From the human T2T-CHM13v2.0 reference genome, Homo sapiens, in the NCBI RefSeq assembly GCF_009914755.1, contig NC_060935.1: 64,000 bases of DNA; one strand, 5' to 3'. Position 1 is the first letter of the stretch. Each line of letters opens with the position of its first letter. Made by a program: the position numbers and the translations under genes. The notes beneath the pieces are model-generated. The model searched no databases. It was not told the origin of the DNA and was given only the letters and a program-made list of their open reading frames with translations. Positions 1 through 14,750 of this stretch are shown here, in pieces.

Positions 1-167
1 CGTAGCTCAGAGTAATTTGATCGTCTGAAGCCTTCTTCTCTCAGCTCGTCAAAATCATTCTCCATCCAGCTTTGTTCTGTTGCTGGTGAGGAACTGCGTT
101 CCTTTGGAGGAGGAGAGGCGCTCTGCGTTTTAGAGTTTCCAGTTTTTCTGTTCTGTTTTTTCCCCAT
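1..167 (-). CDS. L1 ORF1p N-terminus (MGKKQNRKTGNSKTQSASPPPKERSSSPATEQSWMENDFDELREEGFRRSNYSEL...), cut by window edge
   Basis: ATG at 167-165, open to position 1, matching human L1 ORF1p. Confidence 0.95.
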   Translation of the reverse strand, partial: MGKKQNRKTGNSKTQSASPPPKERSSSPATEQSWMENDFDELREEGFRRSNYSEL

Positions 168-1071
168 CTTTGTGGTTTTATCTACTTTTGGTCTTTGATG
201 ATGGTGATGTACAGATGGGTTTTCGGTGTAGATGTCCTTTCTGGTTGTTAGTTTTCCTTCTAACAGACAGGACCCTCAGCTGCAGGTCTGTTGGAATACC
301 CTGCCGTGTGAGGTGTCAGTGTGCCCCTGCTGGGGGGTGCCTCCCAGTTAGGCTGCTCGGGGGTCAGGGGTCAGGGACCCACTTGAGGAGGCAGTCTGCC
401 CGTTCTCAGATCTCCAGCTGCGTGCTGGGAGAACCACTGCTCTCTTCAAAGCTGTCAGACAGGGACACTTAAGTCTGCAGAGGTTACTGCTGTCTTTTTG
501 TTTGTCTGTGCCCTGCCCCCAGAGGTGGAGCCTACAGAGGCAGGCAGGCCTCCTTGAGCTGTGGTGGGCTCCACCCAGTTCGAGCTTCCCGGCTGCTTTG
601 TTTACCTAAGCAAGCCTGGGCTATGGCGGGCGCCCCTCCCCCAGCCTCGTTGCCGCCTTGCAGTTTGATCTCAGACTGCTGTGCTAGCAATCAGCGAGAT
701 TCCGTGGGCGTAGGACCCTCTGAGCCAGGTGTGGGATATAGTCTCGTGGTGCGCCGTTTCTTAAGCCGGTCTGAAAAGCGCAATATTCGGGTGGGAGTGA
801 CCCGATTTTCCAGGTGCGTCCGTCACCCCTTTCTTTGACTTGGAAAGGGAACTCCCTGACCCCTTGCGCTTCCCAGGTGAGGCAATGCCTCGCCCTGCTT
901 CGGCTCGCGCACGGTGCGCGCACACACTGGCCTGCGCCCACTGTCTGGCACTCCCTAGTGAGATGAACCCAGTACCTCAGATGGAAATGCAGAAATCACC
1001 CGTCTTCTGCGTCGCTCACGCTGGGAGCTGTAGACCGGAGCTGTTCCTATTCGGCCATCTTGGCTCCTCCC
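168..1071. promoter_or_regulatory. L1 5'UTR: CpG island, internal sense promoter with intact YY1 site (~1052-1062) and antisense promoter
   Basis: YY1 motif CAAGATGGCCG on the minus strand and dense CpGs at ~580-1055. The sense/antisense promoter layout is established for L1HS. Confidence 0.88.
623..838 (+). CDS. L1 ORF0 (71 aa, antisense within the L1 5'UTR)
   Basis: ATG at 623 in a good Kozak context (GCTATGG) gives MAGAPPPASLPPCSLISDCCASNQRDSVGVGPSEPGVGYSLVVRRFLSRSEKRNIRVGVTRFSRCVRHPFL-stop, the known primate ORF0 peptide. Confidence 0.92.
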   Translation: MAGAPPPASLPPCSLISDCCASNQRDSVGVGPSEPGVGYSLVVRRFLSRSEKRNIRVGVTRFSRCVRHPFL

Positions 1072-1454
1072 TAGATTCTTAACTAAATGAAACTTACGGT
1101 GAAAAAAGCAAATTTCAGCTGTAAAATACACATAGAGTTTCTTTCTATAGATGAAAATACTATCTCTGGATTTGTGCTGCACTCTCCTGTCTCTGGCCCT
1201 TCCTTGGCTGTTTCCTCTGCACTGCCCCCGTCTTCAGTAAGTGCTGGCTTAAGACTCCCTCCAGGCTCTGCTAAAATGTCATCTCTTTCCAGAAGCTTCC
1301 CCTGTTCCACTGGCCAGAATGTATGACTCCCTGTCCTGTACACCCCTCAGCCTTTCTATGGGCCTCCTCAGTGGTCTTGCAGCTGAGGGGTGTGGGAGTC
1401 ACTGCTCCGTTAATGAACAAATTCTCCAATAGTTGAGTGCGTGCTGTGAGAGGC

Positions 1455-1700
1455 ACTATGGCACAGAGATTAGGAGCTTGGCTTTGGAGCCAGGCTACTT
1501 CGGCTCAGGTTCCAGCTCTGTGGCTGCCTTGCTGTAAGACCTTGGCCAAATTCTTAACCTTCCATGCCTCTGGTACTTCATCAGTACACTAGGACAATAA
1601 TTGTACCCTGCTTTGCAGGATGCTCTGAGGATTGAGTGAGATCATGAATATGAAGAGCTGAGAACTGTACTTGGCATATAGTGTTATGTAAATGTTAGCT
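1455..1700. mobile_element. MIR element (one of many, e.g. ~17550-17750, ~30800-31010, ~34720-34950)
   Basis: MIR core-like accttggccaaattcttaacctt...aggattgagtgagatcatg. Confidence 0.65.
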
Positions 1701-3150
1701 GTCACTGGTTTTATGTGCCTGGCACTGTGCTAGTCACTGTCATGTGTGTCTCTTGTCTCTCCTCTATCTCCACCATCCCATTTCTCTCTCTCTCACAAAC
1801 ACACATACACACAGACACACACACACACATCATGGTGAACTTCTCTAGTGCTGACCATGGTCCTGGAATAGGGCCCCTTGTCTTTAGATTGGCAGTTAAG
1901 AGAATAGGTTCTATAGAGCCTGTTTGCCTGGGTCCAAACACCCAATTAGGTGTGTGACTGGGGCAAGCTACCTAACCTCCGAGTGCTTCTCACTGCCTTC
2001 ATGCAGAAAACAGAGACAATAATACTTACCTCCTAGGCATATGCGGTACTATATGAGGTACCTTATGAGGTACTGCTTAATGTAAAATGCTGAAAATATG
2101 CTTTGCAGTTAATAAGTGCTCCAAAAATGTTAGCTATCATCATCGTTAGGATTATATGTGCTCAGTAAATTTTTGCTGGATGAAACTAGTTATGTTCCAG
2201 GCTATGTCAAGAACTAAAGATAGTTATTAAGCAATAGTTTTCATGGGAAACCCTCACTGAATCTTTTCTGCTAGAATGGCTTCAAACAGGCCCCCCCCAC
2301 TCCCTCCTCTCTCCATCTTTCTCTCTCACACATGCAAAAATTCTAAAATCTGCCTCAAACTTGCTATGCATTATTCACTGACAATCTATATTTTTCTGCC
2401 TTTGAACAGTGAAAAAGCCTGTGTCAATTTATCCTTTAAAGCTGCTCCTTGCTGAATCCACATATGTCCATTAATGGTGACTTGGAGGGAACAGCATCTG
2501 TAGAGGCCCATCTCAGATGATCCCATTTAATGTGGGCTGTGACTTCCCAAGGCCGCTGCTCATTAGCAGCTACTTCTTATTACTTTCCACAGTTTAAACA
2601 GAAGATGAAACCGAAAGAGCTTTTCACAGAGACTCTAGTGAGGCAGCTGCAAAACTGAGCATCTGAGCCTGGTACTCAAGAAGGAAAGAGCTTGGCAGAG
2701 CTACCAAAGAGGAAAAACAGGTACCATGTTTCCTGGATTCCAAGAAGTGATTTTTCTTTTCATATTTTAATGTTTTTTTGAAATTGGAATGTGTCCACGT
2801 ATGCCTTTTGAGCAGTATGACTTTTTTCCCTCTGCCTAAAAAGTTATTAAATTGATGAATACATTTAAAAACTGAGGAATGTGGCACTTTCAAATTTTAA
2901 AAAGTTGCCCAAATATAAGAAAGCCCACATGAACCTTTGAGAAAAATACTCACAGCCAGTTTAGCAGTATGGAATGGATGGATAATTCTTAATCACAGGG
3001 AACAAGACAGGCCTGAAGGACAAGATGTCTGAGTAATTGGTGGTCCTGCAGTCCTTGGTCAGGCAAGATCTTGGCTGCCTCAGAAATTGTACCTTCTCTT
3101 GGCAATAATCCAGTCAGAGCATAAATCCCTGGGGTCTGTCCCAACCCACT

Positions 3151-4045
3151 TGTGATATTATGATTATATATCCACAGTTCCCAGCTCATAACTCCTATAC
3201 CCCTTCTCATAGTCTTTGGTTCTAATGTTGAGGCACTTCAGGACTCAGAAGCAGGCCTTAGGAAACAATCTCTCTGCCTCTCTCTCTGACCTTCTCCTGC
3301 CCTCCTCTCCAAGGCAGGACTCTAATCTGACTGTGGGTCATAAGACGTACTTTCAGAGGGGATCCTGCTCCATACCCTGGAGGAAGGAATGAGTGCTGCA
3401 CAGAGAGGCCAAGAAGAATCTGAAGAGACAGGCCTTGCTGGGTCCGATCACATTTCTACATGGTTGTCAATCATGCCTATCCAATGAAGGCTTCCTAAAA
3501 GGCCCAAGAAGACAGAGTTTGGGGAGCTGAACATACGGAGGTCCATGGAGGGGTGAAGGTGATGTGCCTGGGGAGGGTGTGAAAGCCCCACGCCCCTTAC
3601 CCTATATCTTGTCATATACATCTCTTCGTCTATACCCTTGGTAATGTCCTTTATGATCAACTGGTAAATGTAAGTATTTCTCTAGTCCTGTGAGCTGTTC
3701 CAGTAAATTAACTGAACCCAAAGAAGCAGTCATGAAAATCTCAACTAGAAGCCAGTCAGATAGAAGTTCCAGAGGCCCAGACTTGTGACTGGTGTCTGAA
3801 GTATGATAGATGGGGTGGGGTTGGGGGGGCAGTTTTGGGGACTGAGCCCTCAACCTGTGGGATTTGAGGCCATCTCCAGGTAGATAGTGTTGGAATTGAG
3901 TTGAAGGACACCCAGCTGGTGTCCACTGCAGAGTTGATTGCTTGCTTCATGGTGGGGAGAACCCCACCTCTGCCTATATTTGGTCACAGAAGTCTTCTGT
4001 TGATGACTATTGTGTGAGAACAGAAGAAACACTGAGTTTTCCTCA
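3151..4045 (+). mobile_element. Solo LTR, MER21-like
   Basis: TG...CA ends, ~0.9 kb, with recalled MER21 blocks (cacagagaggccaagaagaatctgaa; ccaggtagatagtgt; ggacacccagctggtgtc). Ends approximate. Confidence 0.7.
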
Positions 4046-5322
4046 AAAACCACGGTTAAAGGTGCTTGGTGAAGAAGGAATTCCAGCGTGTGGTTTCTCT
4101 TTCTTTGAGAACCTTTATTGTTCTTGGAGCTCTTTGAAAGGCAAAGGACTAAATTTGGGAGTAAAAGTGGTTGTAAGAATATACAGACATTTATTTTCTC
4201 ATGGTAAGTTAAACTGCTTGCTAATTAATTAATTACTTAAGGAATCCAATAGTATTGCTTATTGAGCAATAGTATGTGCTTGGCTCATGCTAGTCACTAC
4301 ACTGTCTAAAGAGATCGACTGAGCAGCCCTGTGGGGCAGGTGTTAAAATTCAGCCCCCTTTCCCAGACCCAGAGACCAAGGCTCAGAGAAGAAGAGTGAC
4401 CCCAGCCAGTTCACACAGGTGGGAACTGGCATGATGGGCACAGGGCCCCAAATCGCCCACCCAGAACCCCTGCTCTTCTCACTGCTCCACCCCATTCCAC
4501 ACAGCTTCAGCTTGCTTTCTTTTCCTGGAGAAGAAACCAAGGGTCACGGTGGGTGATGTGGTGGCAGAGTCAGAACTAGAACTTGGGCTTCTGACTCTTA
4601 CCCTGAGGCTCCTTTCACTGCTTCGTGTGAAAGCCTTTGGAGGTACAAAGAGCCATCCAGCGGGCAGGAAAGAATCAGGCAGAGCTTTCCCTGGTGATGG
4701 CTTCTTTCTTTTCAAGTTTACTAAATCCCACAAAGCTGCAAGCCCACCTGGGTCACCACATCCCATGAGAACAATTGAGGCAGATAATTAACAGCAAGAT
4801 TTCATCATTGTGAAATCTTTTTACTTGAAGCTAAAAGACCAACCCGTAACAGGATGATTTGACAAATGCAAAGAAGGGTCTCTTTTCTATGAAATCCTAG
4901 AAGAGGCACAAACCTTCTCACCTGGGCTTCAGGAAGGACTTCTCCATAATCAAATCCCTTTCATAATTATGCGTAATTATTTTTGTCCTTTGTCCTCACC
5001 TACACCAGTGTGAGTGTGTCTGTTAATCTGGGAGTCATTAGGATGGCAGAATAGCGAGGTCACCTGGATTAGCAGCTAATGAATTCCCTACCCTTTGTTC
5101 TGATAACAGGATAGGACAATAAAATATTATTCTTAAGCTTCTGAGAGGGAATTTACTTGACTCAGGCTGGTATATTTTGCAAATTAGGTGATAATACAGA
5201 GAGTTGCAATGCTTTCCTGTTCTTGGGCAGCTCCAGCAGCAGCCTATTTCTTGTGCCATCCTCCTCCAAAGGGGTCTTCCCACCCCTCTGCCTCAAAGTC
5301 CCCTGGCCCCCACCTGACTTAC

Positions 5323-5495
5323 CTTGCAGCAGTGTGTAGAAGGCACCTGAGGCAGACAGGTTGGTGGTTATGGTGACATCATCCTTGCTGGAGGTCTCTA
5401 CCTGGACATGCACTGAACTGTCTGTATCACTTCGGAAACTGCTCACCTGGCCAGTAGGGAAGGTCACATTTGTCAGGCGGCCAAAGCTGTCGTAC
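5323..5495 (-). CDS. TENM4: TENM4 exon, 173 nt (phase 2-1), [15 protein letters not shown]...SGAFYTLLQ; YD-repeat shell
   Basis: Acceptor gtttccag|GTACGA and donor CTGCAAG|gtaagt. Contains the YD-repeat motif YDxxGRL. Confidence 0.96.
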
Positions 5496-8400
5496 CTGGA
5501 AACCAAGGGGTGGCACTGAGTAGTAGAAATATAATGGTGCTCTAGCTGGAACTTGGTGCATTCTACCTCATGCCATGGTTTTGCTGTGCTCTGCTTTTCT
5601 TTCTGGCTGGATACATTCCCATGTCTCCCACATATCTTGCACAGGACCTGGTACATAGATTTCAGGATGTGACTCCACCTGCTGATATCCAGCTGCAGGA
5701 AAATAACTGACCTCTCTGAGTCTCCCTTCCCTAACCCAGTGGGGATGATAACACTGACCTGCCTACTGCCCAGGAGTACAGCTATAAACTAGAATTCAAT
5801 TGTGAGGGGGAGAGATGATGGTGGCCATAATGAGACAGCTGACCCAGAATCTTAGAACTGGGAGACTCCCCAGAAATGATGTAGTCAAGCTTGATGCCTG
5901 AATACCCTCTGCAAAACCCGCAAGAACTGGTTATACAGGTTTTTCCTGAAAAACACTAGAAATGGGAGCTATTACCCAGGGGTTTCCTAGGTTTCTACAC
6001 ATCCTGGGAAAAGGGGATTCTGAATTCAAACCAGGACTTAGCCTAGATAAATGGTGTCTTGCCTCTTGCAACCCCTTCCATCTAGATTTTACATCTGGCA
6101 CTAAGCATTTTTGTAACTGCAACTCTTAGAACCCCCACAGCTTTGCTCAGGTATGGTCTTTCTAAAGCATCATAATTGAATCTTAATTCTCTTTACTATT
6201 CTCCTGATAATAATAAAAGAAATACCTACCATCATTGAACACCTCCAATATACGAGGCATGGTGCTAGTTGCTTTTCATGCATTTTCATGTAATCCTCAT
6301 TTAATACATTTTTCATGTAATCCTCATTTAATCCTTGTCTAAAAGGTATGTATTATCTCTTTTTTGGAGAATCAGAAATTGAGGCTTGGAAGAGTGAAGT
6401 CACCTGCTCAAGGTCACACAGCTAATTAAGTGTGGGTAGAATCAAAATTCAAACTCAGATCTATTTGCTTCCAAACTGCCACCTGCCTCTCTGTCTTCAA
6501 TGAACATTTCTGTACCGTCCATTTGCAAGTATTCAACACATGCGCTCCTCCCTGGCAGGAGTGGGCTATTAACATTTTAATTATTGTTTTTAATTAGGGG
6601 AGGATGAAGTGTAAAAAGGCAGGCTTAAATAGCCTTTTTGCACTTGTGTGTGAATGGGGACACAGTTCTTCCTCTACATGGCAATATTCCTGACTGACTT
6701 CCTGGACACGGTTGCCCCTGTGTACTTCAGGTCTCCCTACTGGCTTTTTTTTTTTTAAACTGTTTTGTTTTTACCTCTGGGGTAAAGCTGGCCCCTGGGT
6801 TCCTGTGAGGGTTTTCACAATGGGGCAATGAAAGGTCAGAGAGTTCAGCTCTGTCCAGGCTCTTCCTTCAGCTGGGCCTGGCTTCTTGCTGGGATTCCTG
6901 GGTCTGCAGCTCCTATGGTATCAGGGGAGACTTGGTGGGTGAGATTAGGCAGGTCTTTGCTCAGGAATTCTCTGCCCAAGGTCAGACTTGGGTGCTGCAC
7001 TACAGACTCTGCCATTTGCCAACTGTTTCCGTGCCTGAGCCTGGCACAGATCACAGCACTCTACACTGAATCTAACAGTCCCTGGCACACTCTGCCACAG
7101 AGGAGGCATTGGTAGAGGTCTTCTGAATATATCACCCCTGTTTTTGTCCTAAGATCAATTCTGGGGGAGGGGCCGGTGGCCTTTGGGGAAGTTGGATGCC
7201 TCTGCGGTTGGGGCCTTTTCAGGATGGCAGGCAGTGCTGTGGCCTCGAATACACTCCCTGGGCAGGGCTGCAGGCAAGGCTGTGGCTCTATCAGAGGCTC
7301 TCCTGTGGGTGGTTGGGGGCTTCAAAAACCCATGTCCTGCCATGATTTCTCCTTTCTCTTTCTTAAGTACGGAGTCAGGTTCTGCCAGGAAAAGGTCAGT
7401 CTGGCCTAGGGGAGGCTGAAACCTGGAATGGGTGGTCAAAGGGGTGGACTGCCTCGCAGAGCTAAGTGAGCAGTAGTTCTGAGAGACGGCGGCTAGGAAG
7501 GAGGGTGTCTTGGAGTAAAGATCTGAGATGCATGTCCAGAGACTTCTCTCACATGGAGACCCTCTCAGAGCTCTGCTCCCTTCAACTCTGAGAGAGGCTG
7601 GGATTCTTTTTAACCATTTGTGGCCACTGGAAATTTGAATAGGAAGGAAACATACAAAAATATTGACAGTGGTTATCTCTGGGAGGTAGAATTACAGGTG
7701 ATTTGAATTGCTTATTTATGTATATTTCCATGCTTTAAAAATAATAAACATGGATTATTTTCATAATCAGAAAAGTGTTGTGACAAGCAAGGTAAAACCA
7801 CACGTGAGAGCTCATGAGCATGGCCATCTGGGGAGGCAGATGCCTTAAATTCCAGGCTGTGCATAGGAGTCTCACTTATAGGGCAAGTTGAAGATAACAA
7901 TTTCCAGGCATTTTCAGCAAAATATTACTAGGGTACTCCAAGTTTTTGAGCTAAAAATCAAGACCCCCAAAACTGGTTTTGCCCTGGTCATCTTAACTGT
8001 ATCTGTGATTCATGATTAAGCTGGGTCCGGTCAGATCCTGAGTCATCTTTTAAATCAACAGGAAGATCCATTTCAGTCCAGCAGTTTAATGGGATGGGGA
8101 TGCTGTTCTAGGCTGACTCTTTGAACACCTGTAATCCCTGTACATACTCTTTATTAAAATAAGACTATTCACTTGGACTGTCTATTTTCCTGACCTAACC
8201 ACATGAAAAAGATTTTATTATACCATGCAAGACACTGCAAAGCCATTTGTGGAGTTTTACAGATAAGAATTGATAGATTGTTAATTAGGAGTCAGATGTC
8301 ACTTTGACACCACTCCTACCATGGCCTCGCTCAAATGCCACCTCCTAAAGCCCTCCCTGGTTTTTCCTGTCCCTTCTCCCAGTGATATCCTGTGCACAGC

Positions 8401-9819
8401 TCTGTCCTAGAATGCCTCCCCTGCACTGCAGTGTTGATGTACAAGTCGTCCCCCTCTTTGGACTGTGAGTGCTTGAGGTCAGAACAGGTCTGTGGAGTCT
8501 GTGGATTGACACCACCTGGGTTCTGCCACCTGCCAGCAGCGTGACCCTGGAGGACTGGCTCTCAGTTCATCTCTGCTTCACCAGCATTGGAACTGGCATA
8601 GAGAGGACCGGCAGGGAATGTTGGCTGAACAAATAAATGAATGCAGGATTGGATGTGCAAGTCCTCTTTCCTGCTTTGTGGGAGAGGAGACACCATGATT
8701 CATTCACACATTCCCTCCTACAGGACTTGGCACAAGCTGGACACACAGTAGGTACATGATAAACACTTGCTGAATGCCAAAATATGGAAAAAACAACTCT
8801 TACTAAATAACACTTTGGCAATCTCCCTAGGTATCTCACTAGAGTTTTAGTCTTGAAGACAGAAAGAGGCTTTGTATAAAGGCAGACAATTGCAATTATT
8901 ATTGAAGGTAGCTTGTAAGGCATAATTAAATTGATCCTAAAGAAGATACAATGAAAAGGCCCCATACCTTCAAGATCTGGTTTTCATTTTATATGAGAGG
9001 GTCAAAAAAACAGTAATTTCCACTCTTCACATTTTCCATTAGAAGGACTGAATGTCTTAATGAAATGAACATCATATAGAGCAACCAATTTATAAAATTT
9101 TCTTGTCTCCTATTCATTCATTGTAGTACCTTCCAGAGCTTGGGAAATGACCTGGATCTCTTTGCTGCTTGATTGATACCTGTAATTATCCCACCAGAAC
9201 TGCTCCTTCTGACTGTGGATGGGAAGAAGTAGGGTTGCCAGTCCTCTGGGCCCCGCACACCTTTGCCCTGTGAGCCACCTCTACAGAACCCTTTCTTCTC
9301 CACCACAGAGCTGCCACAACAAAGAGCAGGGACCTGGAAGGGGCAGTTCTCTGAACTCCCTGGGCTCCAAGTGGCTGCCTCAAGTCCCGGCCCCATGATT
9401 AGGTGGCATCTGGACAATGGCTTAGTTACATTTGTGACAGTTTTCATTATGGGAACCCACAAAGTACTGGCAAATTTTCTTTCTTTCTAACCAAGAGGAA
9501 TGAAATGAATAGTTTTTTAAAAAGGTCTCTGGAGCCAGATAGTCTAGGCTTTGCATCCTGGCTCTACACTTGCCAGTAATGTGATCTAGAGGACGGGCAC
9601 TTGGCTCTGTGTTCCTCCTAACTATCAAGTCTCCACCACAAATGATACAATTTCAGGCAGGCTATATCATATAACCTCGGTGAGCCTCTGTTTTCTCTTC
9701 TATAAATGGGGATAATAATCCTGTTTCATAGAGACACATGAAGACCAAAAGAGGTAACCTACTTAAAATGAAAGGGAAACTTCTTCCCAGGGCCCCCAGG
9801 ACCCCAGGAGATTGCCCTC

Positions 9820-10380
9820 AGTGGAATGTCAACTCCCTGAGGGCAGGGACTTCATTTGGACCCTGCTGTATCCCTGTAGCTTAGAGTGTGTGGCATATAG
9901 CATGTGCTTCCTCGTGTCAATGAATGTTGGCTGAATGTTGGCTCCTTCCTGCCTTTCTTTCTGACTTCACCTGGAACGTCACTCTCAGCACGTCCTTCTT
10001 CTCCCTGTATCTGCTTCTGGTCCCCAAACATGCCAAAGTCAGTGCATGCTGGGGTGCTCATGCTTCCCGTTCCCTCTGCGGGAATGCTCTTCCCTCCAGT
10101 GTTGGCATGGCTTGTTCCTGTCATCAATCATGTTTCAGATCAAATGTTATCACTTCAGTGAGGTCTTCCCTGACCACCGCTTCTAAGACAGATAAGTCCC
10201 CCCAACCTTTGTATCATATTTTCTTATTGACCTCACTATACTTATTATTTATTTGTTCTTTGTTTTCTGTCTCCTCCTAATATAAGCTCCATGAGGACAG
10301 AGACCTTGTCTGTATTCTTAGTGCCCAGAGGAGTACCCAGCAGGTAGACAGTACTCAGTACATGTTTACTTAATGAATAA
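9820..10380. mobile_element. L2 3' fragments (others at ~32060-32330, ~42690-43250, ~56500-56880)
   Basis: aagctccatgaggacagagaccttgtctg...tactcagtacatgtttacttaatgaataa L2 3'-end pattern. Confidence 0.65.
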
Positions 10381-10999
10381 ATATATAAGTAAATAATAGA
10401 TATTATTGTTGATTCAAGACATGGGCTGAGAGCAACGAAGAAATTCATTTGTTTTGCCTTTCCTTGTCCAAATGAGGTGGAGAAAGGTCACTAATATTCA
10501 TGTGGTACCTTTTAGGTACCAAGCATCATGCTCATCATCATCTTCTGATGTAGGCATTATTATTATCATCATTTCACAAATGGTGAAGAGGAGGCTCAGA
10601 GAGGATAAGCAACTTGCCTAAGATCACACAGCTCGTAGAGGAATATAAATTCAAAGTCAGGTCTGTCTAATCTTAAATAATGTGTTTTATTCATCAAGCT
10701 TCCCATAAAAATGATGCTGTTTCAAATAAAAATCTTTGGGTTCATCACTGCAGTATATAGAAAACACTGTTTTCCCAAGTCTCAGGTGGGTCAAGAAGAC
10801 TGGCAGTTGTTTTATTTTCAGGACGCTTTGCTTGCTACCACTGCAATTGACTTTGCAGCGATGCCAAGCCCCCAGTTGGGGGTATGATAGGGATGACCAG
10901 ATGACTGGCTTTTCATTATTTCCTCCCACTGATTTTTCTTCATTCCATTTATCCAAAGCATCTTTGGAGCACAGTGAAAGAAAACACATAAAACATTCA

Positions 11000-11324
<325 letters not shown>

Positions 11325-11912
11325 TCAGAAGAGGATTGTCAAAGGACATCTTCACACACACTGCAAGGCTTTCTTTTTCACACTCAATACTTCATCTCGA
11401 GCCACTTACTATGCATGGCTGGCAAGGAAAACGCCGAATTGCCCTCTGATACTAAACTTTTGCTGATCTTAACTTTTCGGTTAAAAAATAAGATTTGATT
11501 TGTATGACTTTCATTTCTGATTGTTTCAAACAACACCATCACCATGTCAGGGAACTGGGCACTGTATTGTCTGTGGATAATTATGGTTCCTGGCCCAGGC
11601 ACACCAATAGTTCCCCTGGCCCATGTCACTGTAATAGATGTCATCACGACATCATTAGCTACTCCAAAACTGGATCAGAGCCAGAGCACTTTGTGGCTTC
11701 TGCATTAAAACCTTGTACTTGCTGTCCATTTCCTACAAAATTAAGTACCCAAAATGAATTCTAGCCCTCAGGATTCCCAAGATCTGGCCCACTCTGCCAT
11801 ACTGTATTTGAGGTGGTGCCTCTGGTGGGAACTGCTTAGGGTTCAGGCAGATCTGGGGCTGAACCCTGGCTTGGCGACTCATGGCTAACATGTCACACAG
11901 CCAGTCAGTCTC

Positions 11913-12590
11913 TGTGCTGGTTATTGTCTGTTCCCCCTACCTCCCAGATCCATTCTCTGTCCTCTCTCTGCCCAGAGCAGCTGACCCCTGCAGACTGTGT
12001 CACTGGGGCACTCTGGCTGGCTCACTTCTGGTTAAGCTAAGTCCGTGGTAGGCACGGGCAAGAGACTGGAATTCAGAAGGTTTTCCTCACTCCTCACTCC
12101 TTCTTTCCTCCAGTGCCGAATCTCTAACAGTGGCTGCGTGGATCCATGATTTCAGCTTCAACTAGGGGGCTTCTCCTTCATCATTACAGCTCCCACTGGA
12201 CTTCAGTCATGATATCCTTCAACTTTCCCACCTTGCTCTGCAGCCTGGGGGTTGGTAATGGCTATTCACTGTTTTTAGTGCCTGGGTGCCTCAGCGTCCT
12301 TTATTTTTATTTTTAATTAATTAATTAATTTGCTTAGGGACAGGATCTCACTCTGTTGCCCAGGCTGGAGTGCAGTGGTGTGATTATCGATCACTGCACC
12401 CTTGAACTCCTGGGCTGAAAAGTGCTCTTCCTGCCTCAACCTCCTGAGTAGCTAGGACTGCAGGTGTGTGCCACTACATCCAGCTAATTAAATTTTTTTT
12501 TGGTAGAGATGGGTATTTCTATGTTGCCCAGGCTATTAGCATCCTTTCTAGGTTCCCTTACCCCTCCCTATACCTCTATAACATGTCTTC
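11913..12590. mobile_element. Old ERVL-type LTR (LTR33-like), interrupted by an Alu
   Basis: ccagatccattctctgtcc...ctgacccctgcagactg...ggcaagagactgga resembles LTR33. Identified from memory only. Confidence 0.5.
12301..12534 (-). mobile_element. Alu (AluJ-type), 5'-truncated
   Basis: Reverse Alu right arm and partial left arm, flanked by agcgtcctt/agcatcctt. Confidence 0.88.
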
Positions 12591-12632
12591 ATTTGAAAGA
12601 TATTTTTATTGAGTATAATATCTGAGTGGACA

Positions 12633-14750
<2,118 letters not shown>

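Larger units (their letters stand above)
1..1071 (-). mobile_element. 5' end of a young LINE-1 (L1HS-type); continues past the left edge of the window
   Basis: Minus strand begins GGGAGGAGCCAAGATGGCCGAATAGGAACAGCTCCGG, followed by a 904-nt CpG-rich 5'UTR and then the ORF1 ATG. The upstream flank TT/AAGAATCTA (1072-1082) resembles an L1 endonuclease site and candidate TSD. Confidence 0.96.

Noticed and set aside
170-1182. ORFs 170..472, 684..941, 840..1082 and 955..1182
   Set aside because: They are incidental frames in the GC-rich L1 5'UTR. Only ORF0 and ORF1 are established products.
5490-5500. AG|GT at exon starts (5495 and 19688) as recursive splice sites
   Set aside because: The reconstituted donors GTACGA and GTTCAC are poor matches, and the bases are constrained by coding.
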